Shown: one piece after another, positions 21,645 to 33,407 of the stretch
Layout: each line of letters starts with the position of its first letter
How positions within the stretch are numbered: the first letter of the stretch is position 1
Assembly: GCA_025603075.1 (NCBI GenBank)
Contig: MU626446.1
Span: 1-37,321, forward strand
Length of the DNA: 37,321 nucleotides
Source of the DNA: Neoconidiobolus thromboides FSU 785
Taxonomy: Eukaryota > Fungi > Entomophthoromycota
Direction: 5' to 3'
Notes under the pieces: generated by a model
What the model was told of the DNA's origin: nothing
The model's input: the letters and a program-made list of their open reading frames with translations, nothing else
The model's database searches: none
Made by a program: the position numbers and the translations under genes

Positions 21645-22071
21645 CTAAAATAAACAATCTAAACAACAACATAGACAAGCGGCACCAGCACTAAAAGAAA
21701 TTAACAAATTACTAGGGTAATTTATAAAAATAAATAACTTACCATCCCATACAAAAGTCGCCCCCACCTCTTTCCTGTTGTTGGGGTTGAGGTTGAGCCA
21801 TTGGTGGTTGAGCTGCATACGGCTGTTGTTGTTGTGGGTAACTTTGTTGTGGATAGCTTTGTTGTTGTGGATAACCTTGTGGTGGATATTGTGCTTGTGG
21901 TGGATATTGAGTTTGTGGATATGATTGTTGTCCTGGAGCACCTTGATTATAACCAGGTGGTGGTGGATAAGCTAAAAAAAGCTTAATATTGAGATTGAAT
22001 ACCAGTATAATAAAAGACTTACCTTGACCACCTTGTTGTGGCGGATATGAAGTATTAGTATCGTAGCCCAT
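21645..22071 (-). CDS. CYSTM-type protein: Pro/Gln/Tyr-rich with a C-terminal cysteine-rich membrane module; 3 exons
   Basis: Exons 22071-22023, 21971-21743 and 21690-21645 give MGYDTNTSYPPQQGGQAYPPPPGY...(YPQQ)n...DFCMGCAGAACLCCCLDCLF*. Confidence 0.88.
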
Positions 22072-23618
22072 AGTTCTAATTTACTAGCTCGTTTTTTCAA
22101 TTAAAAAATTGAGGGTAGCCGAAGCTTAAAAGTTGACTTTATAGTTTCTGATGATCAGCTGATATTAGTTCTTAATATCTAATAGAACCAACTTTCAAGG
22201 ATTTTATTGGTAGATACTAAATTCAGAGAATAAATGAATGAAATTGTTATTCTAAACCATTCTATATAGAACATTGGGAACTTGATTAGATTCCAGATTA
22301 AATTGGGAGTTTATAAAAATATTTCTTCAATTTAAACGATTTCAAAAAAGATCGCAATTACGTAAGATAGAAATAATCATTTAGTTATTAAAGTAGTTGA
22401 TAAAAATTATATTTATTTTACAACGCTATTGAATTCATAAATAGTATTGTTGTTTGAATTAAATAAGTTATTTAATTGAATTTGGATTTTTATTACTAAT
22501 TTGAATAGTTTGGCCTTATCTATTTTGCCAAGATGAAAACTTCAAAATTGAGCTTTTTTAGTTAAAGCAATAGCATAAGTTTTTAAAATTTATACAATTT
22601 GTTCATAAACAAAGCTTAATAATGGATAATTTCATTGCCAAGTAGCTGGTAAAACACTTCAATTTATCCGCAAATTTATATTTAGCAAAAGTGAATTACT
22701 GAATTTATTAAAAGGTCTATTAAAATAAACACACTAATGTTAAAACAGTTAAAGTTTCAATATTAATGTTTGTTTCATAATCTATTTTTATAGTTGAAAT
22801 CCTGGGAGTTAGAAAGTAGAAAACTCAATCCGAAATATCAATAGGATTTTAAAAGTATCCACAGTTAAATTCAATAGCATTTGTTGCTTTATGGAAGTTT
22901 TTAAGCTCAAATATAATATTAATTCGGCTTTTCAATACTATTTAGTGTTGATATTAACATTAATATCACAATTAGATTAGCACTAGACTTAGGGTTAAAG
23001 ATAGGTACTCTGTTTTCTGAAAGCATTAGAAATTTTCATTTTGTGCTATAAAAATCTATTCTTAATCAAAAAAATTTTTTTTGTTTATGCTTATTTTTAG
23101 AGAGTTAATAATTTGATAGAAAAAGGTTGAAATTAAAATACAAGGGTATTAAAAGATTTATAATACTGTTCTGACTAAAATAATAATTGAATCTATCAAC
23201 CTTGTTTCTAAACAAATTTTAAATAAAATTCTATTTTCAAATATACTACTATTAACTTTATATGTTTTGGGTACTTTACATTAGAATACAAAAACTAAAG
23301 GATGTTGTATGAAAAACCAAGAACATAAATAATAAATCAAGTTATGCCATTCTGTTAGTATTGAAAAAACACCTAAAAATCGAAAATTTTTATTAGCAAT
23401 ATAAAATAAAAGCGATCCTAATTTTAACCTAAAAAAAACATTTTAAAAAAATAATCTAAATAAATGTATCAAAGCAAGCCTAAGCGAAAAAAAGAAAGAG
23501 AATTAGTTAACCTATTGCAATTGAAAATATTAAAAATTTAAAAAAGCTGCTATGACAAAGTGGGGTAAGGGCTGAGGTGAGGAGTATTCAATTAGATAAC
23601 TTTGAAATGTCAAATAAA

Positions 23619-26392
23619 CTACAGCTTAAGTTCATTTAATATCTTGGAACAAATAGCTTTATACTCCCATGAAGGTCCTTCCAATCGTCGAAATTGAATA
23701 CCATGTAACCTTAATAATACCTTTATCCTCACCAAATGAATTTGAAATTTAACTACCCTATTACTTGTAGGTTCATTAGAATATCCACGATTAGGGTTGC
23801 TTAATTTAGCTACAGTTTCATGCCTTGCTGACAAAATACGTGTAGAATTAATAGAATCAGGTGAATTTTTTGGTGAAGATTCTTTAGAATCTGGTCGACT
23901 TGTTGAAGTCCCATTCAATTCTTTAATCTCCAAACTTTCTTCCCTAATAAATTCTTGGGCACTTAACTGTGGACTACCACTCTTAGATACACTGGTTGAT
24001 CCTAATTAAATTAAATTATTATTTGTATTATTTTGCTTTAAATTAAATAACTTACTCAATAACTCTCCATTCTCCAAACATTCTGTTGATTCTTCTGAAT
24101 GTGAAATTTCTCCCACACCTTCCAAACTCATCATATCTGGACAATATTGACATTCAAAGTACCCATCAATTTCTTTCCATTTAATACCCAGTTTTTTTAA
24201 TGCACTTAAAATATCATCACTGATGATTTTTGCTTTTTTAGTGCTAGTAGTAGAAACAGAAAATAACCCCTTTAATGTAGCACTCCTTGGTTTCATTTGA
24301 TTTAGATGAGGACGTACACCTTCTTCACTATTTTTATCAATTACTAATCCCGCATGCGAATCTTGAGAAGTAATATCATGATCCCCATGGGGTGAAGATG
24401 GGGAAGGATGTAGGTTATTTTGAACATCATTGGTAGCAACCAAATTATCAAATTCATTAAAACTATTTCTCATTTTTGGTTCTTGCATACTAAGATGTCT
24501 AGTAATAAGTCGAGATATTCTTCTACCAATTCTAGATCCAACACCAGGTTTAGGTGAATTGGGCATAGATATATCATTAGTTGGACCATGTGAAAGTCGA
24601 TGGAAATTGGTTGTTTTACTTGTTTTCATAGCGGAACTTAATCTCTTTAATACATTCGGCGTTTTTTCATTTTCTCCTTGTTCTTTAGATTTTTGACTAG
24701 TTAGTCCTTGTCTTTCTGATGTATCTTTAAATGGACTATCTGGCTCTGCTATGACTATATCTGGTTGATTAGAGTGACTGTTTTTGGGTCTAAAGGAATG
24801 TATAATAGATGAAGCTAAATCAGGACCATTGGCATCATTGGCTTCCTCTTCTACAATATTAAATGATTGGCTAGTGTTTGGTTTAGTTTCTCTTTCAAGC
24901 TTCTCTTTGACAAGATAATAAATAGAAACTAGAGGGTGATTATAAACCGTTGTTGTTTCTACAACCGATTTATTTTTATGAAAGAAAGGTACTTTTTTCA
25001 TTTCTTTGACTTTAGAAGTAGTAATTTCAACAGGCTGTTCACTACTTAAAATCTCTTCAAGATCAGCTTTAATTTTTTCTTCATTTCCAAACTCAAACCC
25101 TTTCATCCTTTGAATTACATTCATATCTAATGGTAATTCAATTGGTTTTCTTTGTGGCAAATAATTTTCTATTGGATTCTCAAACCCTTTTGTTACCCAA
25201 GGATGTTTTAATATCTCGCTTATTGTTGCTCTTTGCGATGGATTTGTACAAAGCATTCGAGATAATAGATGCTTACACTCTAAATGGAATTCTATTAATA
25301 TTCAACAAATAAAAATTTATTATTATATTACCTCTAGATAAAAAAGTGGGATAAGATACATCTCCTTTTTTAATTTTAGCATGAAGAGCGGGCATATTGG
25401 GATCATCGAATGGTACTCTACCACAAACAAGTACGTAAAATACAATACCTAAACTCCAAACATCTACTTCAGGACCAGTATATTCTTGAGCACTAAGAAG
25501 CTCTGGAGCAGCAAAATAAAGGGAACCACAAAAAGTATTTAATTGGGATTTTGTTGAAAATAAATTCGAAAGTCCAAAATCAATAATTTTTATATTTCCA
25601 TCTTCTGTAATTAATATATTCTCAATCTTTAAATCTAATAATCAATTAACTTAAATAACTAAAAATGTTATTATTTAACATACCTCGATGTACTACTGAG
25701 TGACGATGGCAATAATCTTTAAATAAAATCAATAAAACAATAAAAAAAATTAGAGCTACAAGCTTACCTATTGCAGATAACATTTGTCTAGCAAATCGAC
25801 GAGCATTTTTTTCTTTAAGCTTACCATGGGAGATAATATAATCTAGTATTTGGCCACCAGATACATATTCAAAGAAAAGATAATAATGTTGAGGCATAAT
25901 CATTGCTTCTTTTAAAGATACAATATAAGGGTGGTTGACTAAAACCATTAAAGCAATCTCCCTATGAATACGAATATCTCTACTTTCATCCTTTGGAGCC
26001 CCTTTATGGATCGGTGCTTTTCGTGGAATGATTTTAACCGCATACTATTTGAAAAACTTTAATTTAGGCTTTAATAATAAACTGCTTTGAAATTTTACCT
26101 TTTCACCAGTTTCATTATGAATGGCAAGTTTCACTTTGCCCATACTACCCGAACCTAATGTTTTTGATATCTGATAAGGTCCTATATTTTTTCTTGGTTT
26201 TTTGGTTTGACTTCTTGAAATAAAAGCTTTATCTAAGTTCAAATTTTGCACCCCAAACTTAAATGGAGAACTAGAAGTTGGACTATTTAAAGCTTCTTTA
26301 TCATAAGCAGCGCTGGGATGATCCTTATCATTGACCTTCTTTGCAAAGGGGGATATTTGATCGGAACTGGGATCCTTTTTGCTTTCTGTCAT
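23619..26392 (-). CDS. KIN1: KIN1/KIN2 (MARK/PAR-1) Ser/Thr kinase with UBA region and C-terminal KA1 domain, multi-exon
   Basis: [79 protein letters not shown], and KA1 [10 protein letters not shown]...[24 protein letters not shown]. Confidence 0.95.
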
Positions 26393-27308
26393 TTTCTTTT
26401 TTATAAAATAATTAATTAAATATTTGTGTGTTGGGGATAAATAAATTGTAATTTTTTTTGGTTAAAACTTAATGGAACCAATTAAAATTTCTTAGAAAAA
26501 ATACTTTGGTTCAAGGTAACTGTGATGGCATCTTACTTGGAACATGAATGGTCCATTTAATTGGCAATCATTTTAAATTCTATTCAAAAAAGGTATGCTA
26601 ATAGAGTAATTTTATTAGCAATTTTTAAATAGTTTTATTTTAAAAGAATAATAACAGTACTTATTTTTTGTATGCTAAAAATAGATTTTATTAAGATTCT
26701 ATTAATTAACTGTAAAAAACATATCATAATATGTTGAATGCATAAGTTTTGTTTAATATAGTTATATAAAACTTAAGTTAATGTATAATAGATAACTACA
26801 TTAGCTTGTAAAAATTTACTAATATGAATATTATTTTTAAATTACTTGTTTATAGAGACAGGCAAGCAGCAGTATAACATATAAACTTATAGACAGTAAG
26901 ATGCACTACTAATAAATAATTTTTACAATCGCTGAGCAAATACATATATTAACTAAATTAAATGATATTGGTATTAGACAAGAAATAATTTTAAATTTAT
27001 TTTTAAAATAGTTTTAAAGTAGAAACATTAAATGGTTAATTGTTTGATACCTTGAAAATACACTCATAAAAACATTTACATTTAATATAAACTGTGTTAT
27101 AAAATATAAAGCAAATTCACATTCAAAATTTATTTATGTTTAACTTTTATTAACACTTTATAGCTTAATGAATCTAAAACATAAATTCTCACTATATAAT
27201 GATTCAATTTAATTATGTTCTATATTAAATGGTAATATAAACAAATAAAGAATAAATCCACTAAAGAACATAGTAATAAAATATATTCCCTAGTGCTAAA
27301 TTCCATTT

Positions 27309-28215
27309 TTATCTATCATCAGCACGATGCCTATCGCCCCTTAAATAATCTTCCAACTCGTCCTTATTTATCGGTAACCAATAATCGATTACTCTAGTAT
27401 AAATCCTTTTCATATAACCCATAACAATTTCAACGTCTTGTTTTCTAGCTTCAAATACTTCATACCACAATGGATTACCTGGTAAAGCTATATCAGACTC
27501 TCTACAAGCCAATTCAATTGCTGCACAGGCTATTGTTGATGGATCATAGCTTACATAAACTATTGTTTTTAAACTAATAATCGTTTACTTGAATTATTTT
27601 AAAGCTTTTGTAATTTACCTATCATTTAAATAATTCCATGCTTTTTGAACTAAATCTATGTTATCATGTAATGCGAGCAACTGCATATAATTGATCATTA
27701 ATACATAAGGTTGTTGAACTCGAACATTAAATCCTAATTCCCTTAGCAACACCATCTCTCCTTCTAATAAACAGTCCTTCATTTCTAAGCCCTCCTTCAA
27801 AAAGTTAATATGTCATAAATTTTTTAATATCTAAACTTACTATTCCATGGGGGGTTTCAAGGTAATTCTTCAATTCTCTAGTTAATTTAACAATATAATC
27901 AAAACTCATAATAATCTTATTAAACGAAATTGGAGTTTCTTCAAGTTTGCCAGCTAAAAATAAAGAACCCATGACTATATCCATGATTGGATACTCTTTT
28001 ATTGACTTTACAAAATAAAACCGTTGCAATAAAACACAAGCCGTAGCTATTGTTTTTTGTGATGTTTTTACATTGATGCCTACTCCTTGAATAAATGTAC
28101 ATGCTAAGGTACGTAACTCACATTCTAATGTTTCTGATATACCATCTCTTGATGATGGTGTGCTCTTAATTTGACTCATCGTTACCAATGGATTTTGTAA
28201 GGTTAGTCTCGTCAT
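27309..28215 (-). CDS. Cyclin L-like transcriptional cyclin; 3 exons; no RS tail
   Basis: TPSSRDGIS..LE.ELR..AC.FIQ..GI, LLQRFYFVKS, LFLAGKLEETP, EMVLLRELGFNVRVQQP and AWNYLNDSLKT.VYV.YDPSTIACAAI all match the cyclin L pattern. Confidence 0.9.
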
Positions 28216-29079
28216 TTCAAATCGATAGTGTTGAGAACTACTTTAAGTTTTGTTAAAAAATTAATTTTATTTTCTAGGAGTATCAAATTTAAAATTTGCG
28301 AGAAATTTGTCAAGTTTAATCATAAAATTTTGCATTGAGTGTAATTAAGCATCCTTAAATTATTGCCATAACCAGCTTATGCAGTGACTTTTGTTTTATG
28401 ATAGATTTTAATATTTTATGGTTCATTATTACGCAGGCATAATTCAAAAATATAAATCCTGTGTTAAATTTTCATTCATTAAGCTTTAAAATTATTAATT
28501 TCGAAAATTACCTTTCCCTAAAATAAAGTTTAATTTTACAGTATTAAAAAATGAGGGATACTCTACGGAAATTTTTGAGAATTCAGTGAAGCCAAATCTT
28601 AAAATCCTTCAAATTTAGCAACTCAGTAAACATGTTAATTCTAAATATTCATTTAACTAATTTTGGAATTTTTACAAGTTCTTAATTCAAATCTTGATCC
28701 ATATAATACTCATCTAATGCTATAGTAGCATTATAAAGATTATCATATATATTTCAGCTTACATCTTTATATATACGTGAAGATTTACTTCACGCCCTTT
28801 ATATGATCCCAAAAATGTTATGATATTTTAAATGAAATAGTTTACCAACTGTTATGAATTACAAATGAAAGGTGGTTAAGGGCTATAAGTGAGAACCACC
28901 AATGAAATTATATTCCAAATAATTTGGACAGCCATACAAAACAACGGAAAGTAAAATTAATTTTCCTAAAAATTTACCTTTTTTAAGATGGAATCCAAGG
29001 TATTCAAAATTATATATAGTATAGTTCAAATCCTTATTTATAACTTTAGTTAAACAAAGAAAAGATAAAGCGGTTTTCA

Positions 29080-30537
29080 ATGCGACCTTTTTCAGTACTT
29101 GAAAGTAAAGACCCTTATAATAATAACCAGAACTCTATCAATCATCCTTATTCAAACGAACAAATGGATCAGTTTAACCAACAATATTTCCAACCTTCTA
29201 CACGTAGAAGAAATACTTCGGTCGAAAAAGGAAATCTCAGAGCAGGTTTAGAACAATTTCGTGATAAATTTCAAGATAAAGCGAATGCAAGGCCAACATC
29301 TGCTTATTTAACTGATTCAATTAAAACAAAAGATTATCAGAATATCAACCAAGCAAAAGAAACGAAAAAGAATCCAGAAGATATTAATAAACTACCTCAA
29401 CTATCTCCCAATGCTATAAACGCACTTAGTAACCATTTTCCTAATATTTTAAAAGATGAGAAATTATCAGAGCAATCTGAAAATCTTATCAGTACAGATT
29501 CTTTATTACAAACAGCCGATCAACTATTATTGCAGCTTCTTTTGACCCAGTCTCTAGTTGAAATAAAGCCGTTTAAGATATTAACTTTAGAAAGCTTGGA
29601 TTTATTAAAGAAGGTAACCTTTATATACTTTAAATTAAACTAAATTAAATTATAACCATTTAAATAGGAAAAAGAAATGAACATGTCTAAATTAAAAGTA
29701 TTAGAACACAAACTACTATTAGAGATAAAGGTTCGAGATGGAGCTAAAGCATTAATAAAGATGTACCAAACGAACAGAAAGATGATAACACAAGCTCAAG
29801 AGCAATTAAACGCTGCTAATCTAAAATTAGAAGAGGTAGGAAAGGAAATTTTTAAACTTTACAGAAGGACGATGGAAATACAGCATTTATTAGACTTGCA
29901 TAATGGCTCAGTTTTAGGTGTAGGCTATCAAAGAGTAGATAAAAGCTATGGTAAACTTAAACAAAGTATTAAATTAAGAGAGAGCCAAGATGCTGTTAAA
30001 GACGATATATATATGGAAATTGAATCGAGTCAAGAGACCACTCCTACTTTAGTTAATAACGATCTAAAGCCAGAAACTAATCTAAATAATGAAACTAAGC
30101 AGGGGTTAGAACCTTCGATTTCATTTCATAGTTTATTAGGTAAACTAGAGGATTCTCAAAATAAGATTCAACAGCTTGAAGAGCAATTGAACCAACACAT
30201 CACTAGTAAATCATCTATTAATACACAAGAAAATGAAGTCGAGATATTAAAACGAAGGATAGAACAATTAGAGCTTGAAAATAAGCAAAAAGACGAACAA
30301 ATATTGGATTTGAAATCAAGACAGGATGATGATTTAATGCAACAACACGAGCAACTACTAACTATTTTAGAAGAATTGTATTCTGAAATACCCTATTTTA
30401 TGGAAGACTCACCCTTCTCTATCCCCACTTTTATTGAAAGGGTAGATGGGTTACTACAAGAAAATCATGACCTTTTGGATAAAGTATTAGGTTATCAAAA
30501 GATACTAACAGAACTTAAACAAGAGGAAGATTTATAA
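29080..30537 (+). CDS. Uds1 (up-regulated during septation)-domain coiled-coil protein; 2 exons
   Basis: Intron 29614-29667 (phase 0) joins the two ORFs. ILTLESLDLLKKEKE...KLLLEIKVRDGAKAL...QEQLNAANLKLEE...LYRRTMEIQHLLDLHNGSVL matches the Uds1 pattern, followed by long heptad-like stretches. Confidence 0.75.
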
Positions 30538-30610
30538 TAAATTAATAAAAATTCATGAACACTTTATCTTAATTATAACAATTAACTTTATTTTATTAAA
30601 TTTATACTTA

Positions 30611-32266
30611 TTAAATAAGTTGGACTAAGTTTGGATGTTGATCCCAGCGTACACCATTACGATATTCGCTATGATTAATGAAGGTATTAGGAGCTAACAA
30701 GAAAGACAGAGTATTAAAGTTTTGTTTAAAAATCCATTGCAATTGCTTTTCATCTTGAACGGCCATAAAAGGATCGGATTTATTCATAGGATTAATGAAT
30801 ATTAAAATCATATGTTTTAATCTTCTAAGAGGTACCCCGTGTTGACTAAAATTAACGATACAATCGTTCAAAATACCTTTTAAGGTACTATGATAGATAT
30901 TTATTTTTATTTCTAAATGTAACATATGATTTAACATTATTTTCGCTGTCCTCTCTTCACGAATAACTAAACGATTATGGTTTATATGTGAATACGTTGT
31001 ATGACTTTTCTTTAATTTAGGCTTTGGAGGAGCCTTCTCTTCATTGTATAAATTTAAACTGACATCTTTATCCCATAAATCTTTTTTCATTATTTTCTTG
31101 AATTCAGCTTGAAGAGGTGTTTCCAAATACTCACTCATATTTGCAAAGGTCTTATGCTTTGCAATACCATCCTTCTTTTTAATATTTGATCCATTAAAAT
31201 CTATAAAATTATAATCATCGGTATCATTTAATACAGTAGTGCCATCGTTACTATCGATTGTTTGGATTTCTTCTTCTTTTAATTTTAGAGTTGGCTCATC
31301 TAAGCTCAAGAGTCCTTGGTAATTAGATTCATCCAAAATAAACACAGTTTCTTCCAATTCAAAGCAAAATTCAATATCACTCAAATTGTCTAATTTAATA
31401 CTGTTTAATAAAATACGATTTTTTATACCTCTAATTAACTTTTCATATTCCATGTCTTTATTTACAATCCATTGAATCTCATCACCGTTAAGTAATATTC
31501 TTAGATTAGCAACATTACTTTCTTTGACACTTGTTTTCTTTTTGATATCGCGAAAAGATTTGCTTCTTGATAATTTTCCTTTGATACTGAGCATTGATTT
31601 ACTTTTGATCAGCTTTGGCTTCTCTATCTCCTCAGGCTGGGCTTGGTCTGAAGCACTTCGAGTCATATTTACCGGTAGTAACTTTGAAATTATGGACTTA
31701 TTTCTAGGTAGCACATCATCTAGATTTAGTTCTGTTTTACTTCGGATTAAAGGAGGCATAACCTCCGAATCTACTATTTTAACTGGAAGTTGAGTTGAGT
31801 TTTGCTTCACTTTTTCCTTTTCCTTTTCCTTCAAATTAGGATTAGAAAACCTTCTTAATAATTTAGAAGTCCAACTAGTACGCTTTTCAGGTTTAATATC
31901 ATCACTTTTAATACTTTGTAATCTTTTGTCTTTGATGATTTTGTGCTTTTTGAAGAATTCACTAACATCTTGTTTATAATCTTTTAACGCAGTTAATAAA
32001 TTTATACTCAAAGTGAATACCTCTTCTAAATCATCTTCTAGTTGAAAATTATCTTTTAATTCATTGAAATCTGAGTCATCCAATATAGTTATTAAACTAA
32101 TTATTTGTTCAACGCTACGATCAATTTCATACAAACTATGCTGAGACTCCCCAATTTGTTTAACTTCTAATGAGACTTTAATCTCTTCCTTTTCCAAATA
32201 TGTTTCTAATACCCTTGCTTGCAGTGTATCATTGATCTCTTGCCATTCATATTTTTTGCCCGCCAT
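30611..32266 (-). CDS. Hypothetical 551-aa protein, intronless; possible PB1/ubiquitin-like folds in the C-terminal half
   Basis: Long uninterrupted ORF with an N-terminal helical region and a basic Ser-rich linker with many RSxS/RRxS motifs. Two segments have a beta-beta-helix look (LRILLNGDEIQWIVNKDMEYEKLI; LEIKINIYHSTLKGIL...VQDEKQLQWIF). The domain call is tentative. Confidence 0.75.
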   Translation of the reverse strand: MAGKKYEWQEINDTLQARVLETYLEKEEIKVSLEVKQIGESQHSLYEIDRSVEQIISLITILDDSDFNELKDNFQLEDDLEEVFTLSINLLTALKDYKQDVSEFFKKHKIIKDKRLQSIKSDDIKPEKRTSWTSKLLRRFSNPNLKEKEKEKVKQNSTQLPVKIVDSEVMPPLIRSKTELNLDDVLPRNKSIISKLLPVNMTRSASDQAQPEEIEKPKLIKSKSMLSIKGKLSRSKSFRDIKKKTSVKESNVANLRILLNGDEIQWIVNKDMEYEKLIRGIKNRILLNSIKLDNLSDIEFCFELEETVFILDESNYQGLLSLDEPTLKLKEEEIQTIDSNDGTTVLNDTDDYNFIDFNGSNIKKKDGIAKHKTFANMSEYLETPLQAEFKKIMKKDLWDKDVSLNLYNEEKAPPKPKLKKSHTTYSHINHNRLVIREERTAKIMLNHMLHLEIKINIYHSTLKGILNDCIVNFSQHGVPLRRLKHMILIFINPMNKSDPFMAVQDEKQLQWIFKQNFNTLSFLLAPNTFINHSEYRNGVRWDQHPNLVQLI

Positions 32267-33407
32267 AATTTGATTACTGTAGTATTAATAATTGAAAATT
32301 AAATTCTATATAATGTTCACATTTTATATTAAATTAGTTTTTTAACTTTAGCTGAATAATTTTGTTCCTATACCTTTTTTAGGTGGTTCGAAGTAATGTG
32401 GTTTATTATTGTCATCTTGCTTGCTCCTCTCAAATCAATTAGCCAATATCGCCATTTCTCCTTGAAATTCATTTCTATCACTTTAATTGGCTGGATTGCA
32501 AGGGTTTAATTTATTATTAATTTATTGTTGATAGATAGTTTGGCCTTTGCAAAAATAAGTCAATAATTAAAGTTTATTTATAGTTAATTTATAATTTTAT
32601 TAATAGCTTATCCTTGACTTGCATTCATCCAATCTTATTTTTGATTTTCTTTGCTTTTGAGTTTACAAAACATCTGTACAACTACCATAAACACCTTTCA
32701 ATATTTTTAAATAGACTAACGACTCAATTAAAGCCACGTTTAAGTTGATCTATCCTGTTTCTTATCATTTAATTCGTTTTATTGAGCTTAGTTTAAGTAG
32801 ATTTTAAAGAATATTTTAGAGACTACTGTTCTTGAGCTACAAAAGGTGTAAATAGAACACTAAAAAGCGTATATTTGATTTTAATTATTTTGAAAACAAT
32901 AATAAAAAGATCACAATAACCGAAGGATCTTTAATTATGTTTTAATATTTAAAAGTAAATCTTTAAATGATTTTCACCCAGCATTTTGTTTTTTGAGACA
33001 GAACAAAATCGAAAATTTAATTTATTACTGCTCATAACGAATAGTATTAAAATTGACGCAAATAAATTAGCATTAATCAAAGTTTTAAATATGATCTGAA
33101 CTTTTAAAATTATTAAGATTTTTTATAAAAAAACATTTAAAGAGTAAAGCATGTAGGTGTTGATATTAAGATTTTAGTAAAAGAAAGTTGCGTAAATGTT
33201 ATAAATACCTTACATTGAGCTATTTTATAAGTGAAACCATGCTATTAAATATTTTCAAACATCTACAGTATTAAACAGTATAAAATTCGACCTTTAAGAG
33301 TGTTTTGATATTGAAATTTTTAAGAAGCTTTAGCTTAGATTTAAAATAATAACTTTTATTGAATAGTTTAATTAGTTATCTATATAATAAGAAATATTGT
33401 GTAAAGG

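Noticed and set aside
21801-21986. Val-rich plus-strand ORF and the His/Asn-rich alternative frame 21645..21941
   Set aside because: By-products of the CAA/CCA-rich CYSTM repeats; only the last codons of 21645..21941 are the real third exon.
23797-25312. Plus-strand ORFs 23797..24009, 24430..24696 and 25130..25312
   Set aside because: Antisense shadows of the KIN1 coding sequence.
7937-28215. Fragmented ORFs read as pseudogenes, stop-codon readthrough or selenocysteine recoding
   Set aside because: The breaks I traced are explained by short GT-AG introns that restore conserved motifs in frame; no in-frame TGA at a catalytic position was seen.
7937-28215. Functional cluster of gene-expression genes (RPC34, RTR1, WRS1, NSUN, SSL1, cyclin L)
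   Set aside because: All are common housekeeping genes interspersed with unrelated ones (PEX3, CYSTM, KIN1); without synteny data chance is sufficient.
28883-29080. 65-aa minus-strand ORF abutting the Uds1 ATG
   Set aside because: Short, non-ATG start, in a promoter/UTR region, no motif.
31524-31793. Plus-strand ORF inside the 551-aa gene
   Set aside because: Antisense shadow.
32380-32400. GGTTCGAA T-loop-like motif (tRNA candidate)
   Set aside because: Flanks do not pair into a T-stem, and there is no acceptor stem, D arm or anticodon arm.
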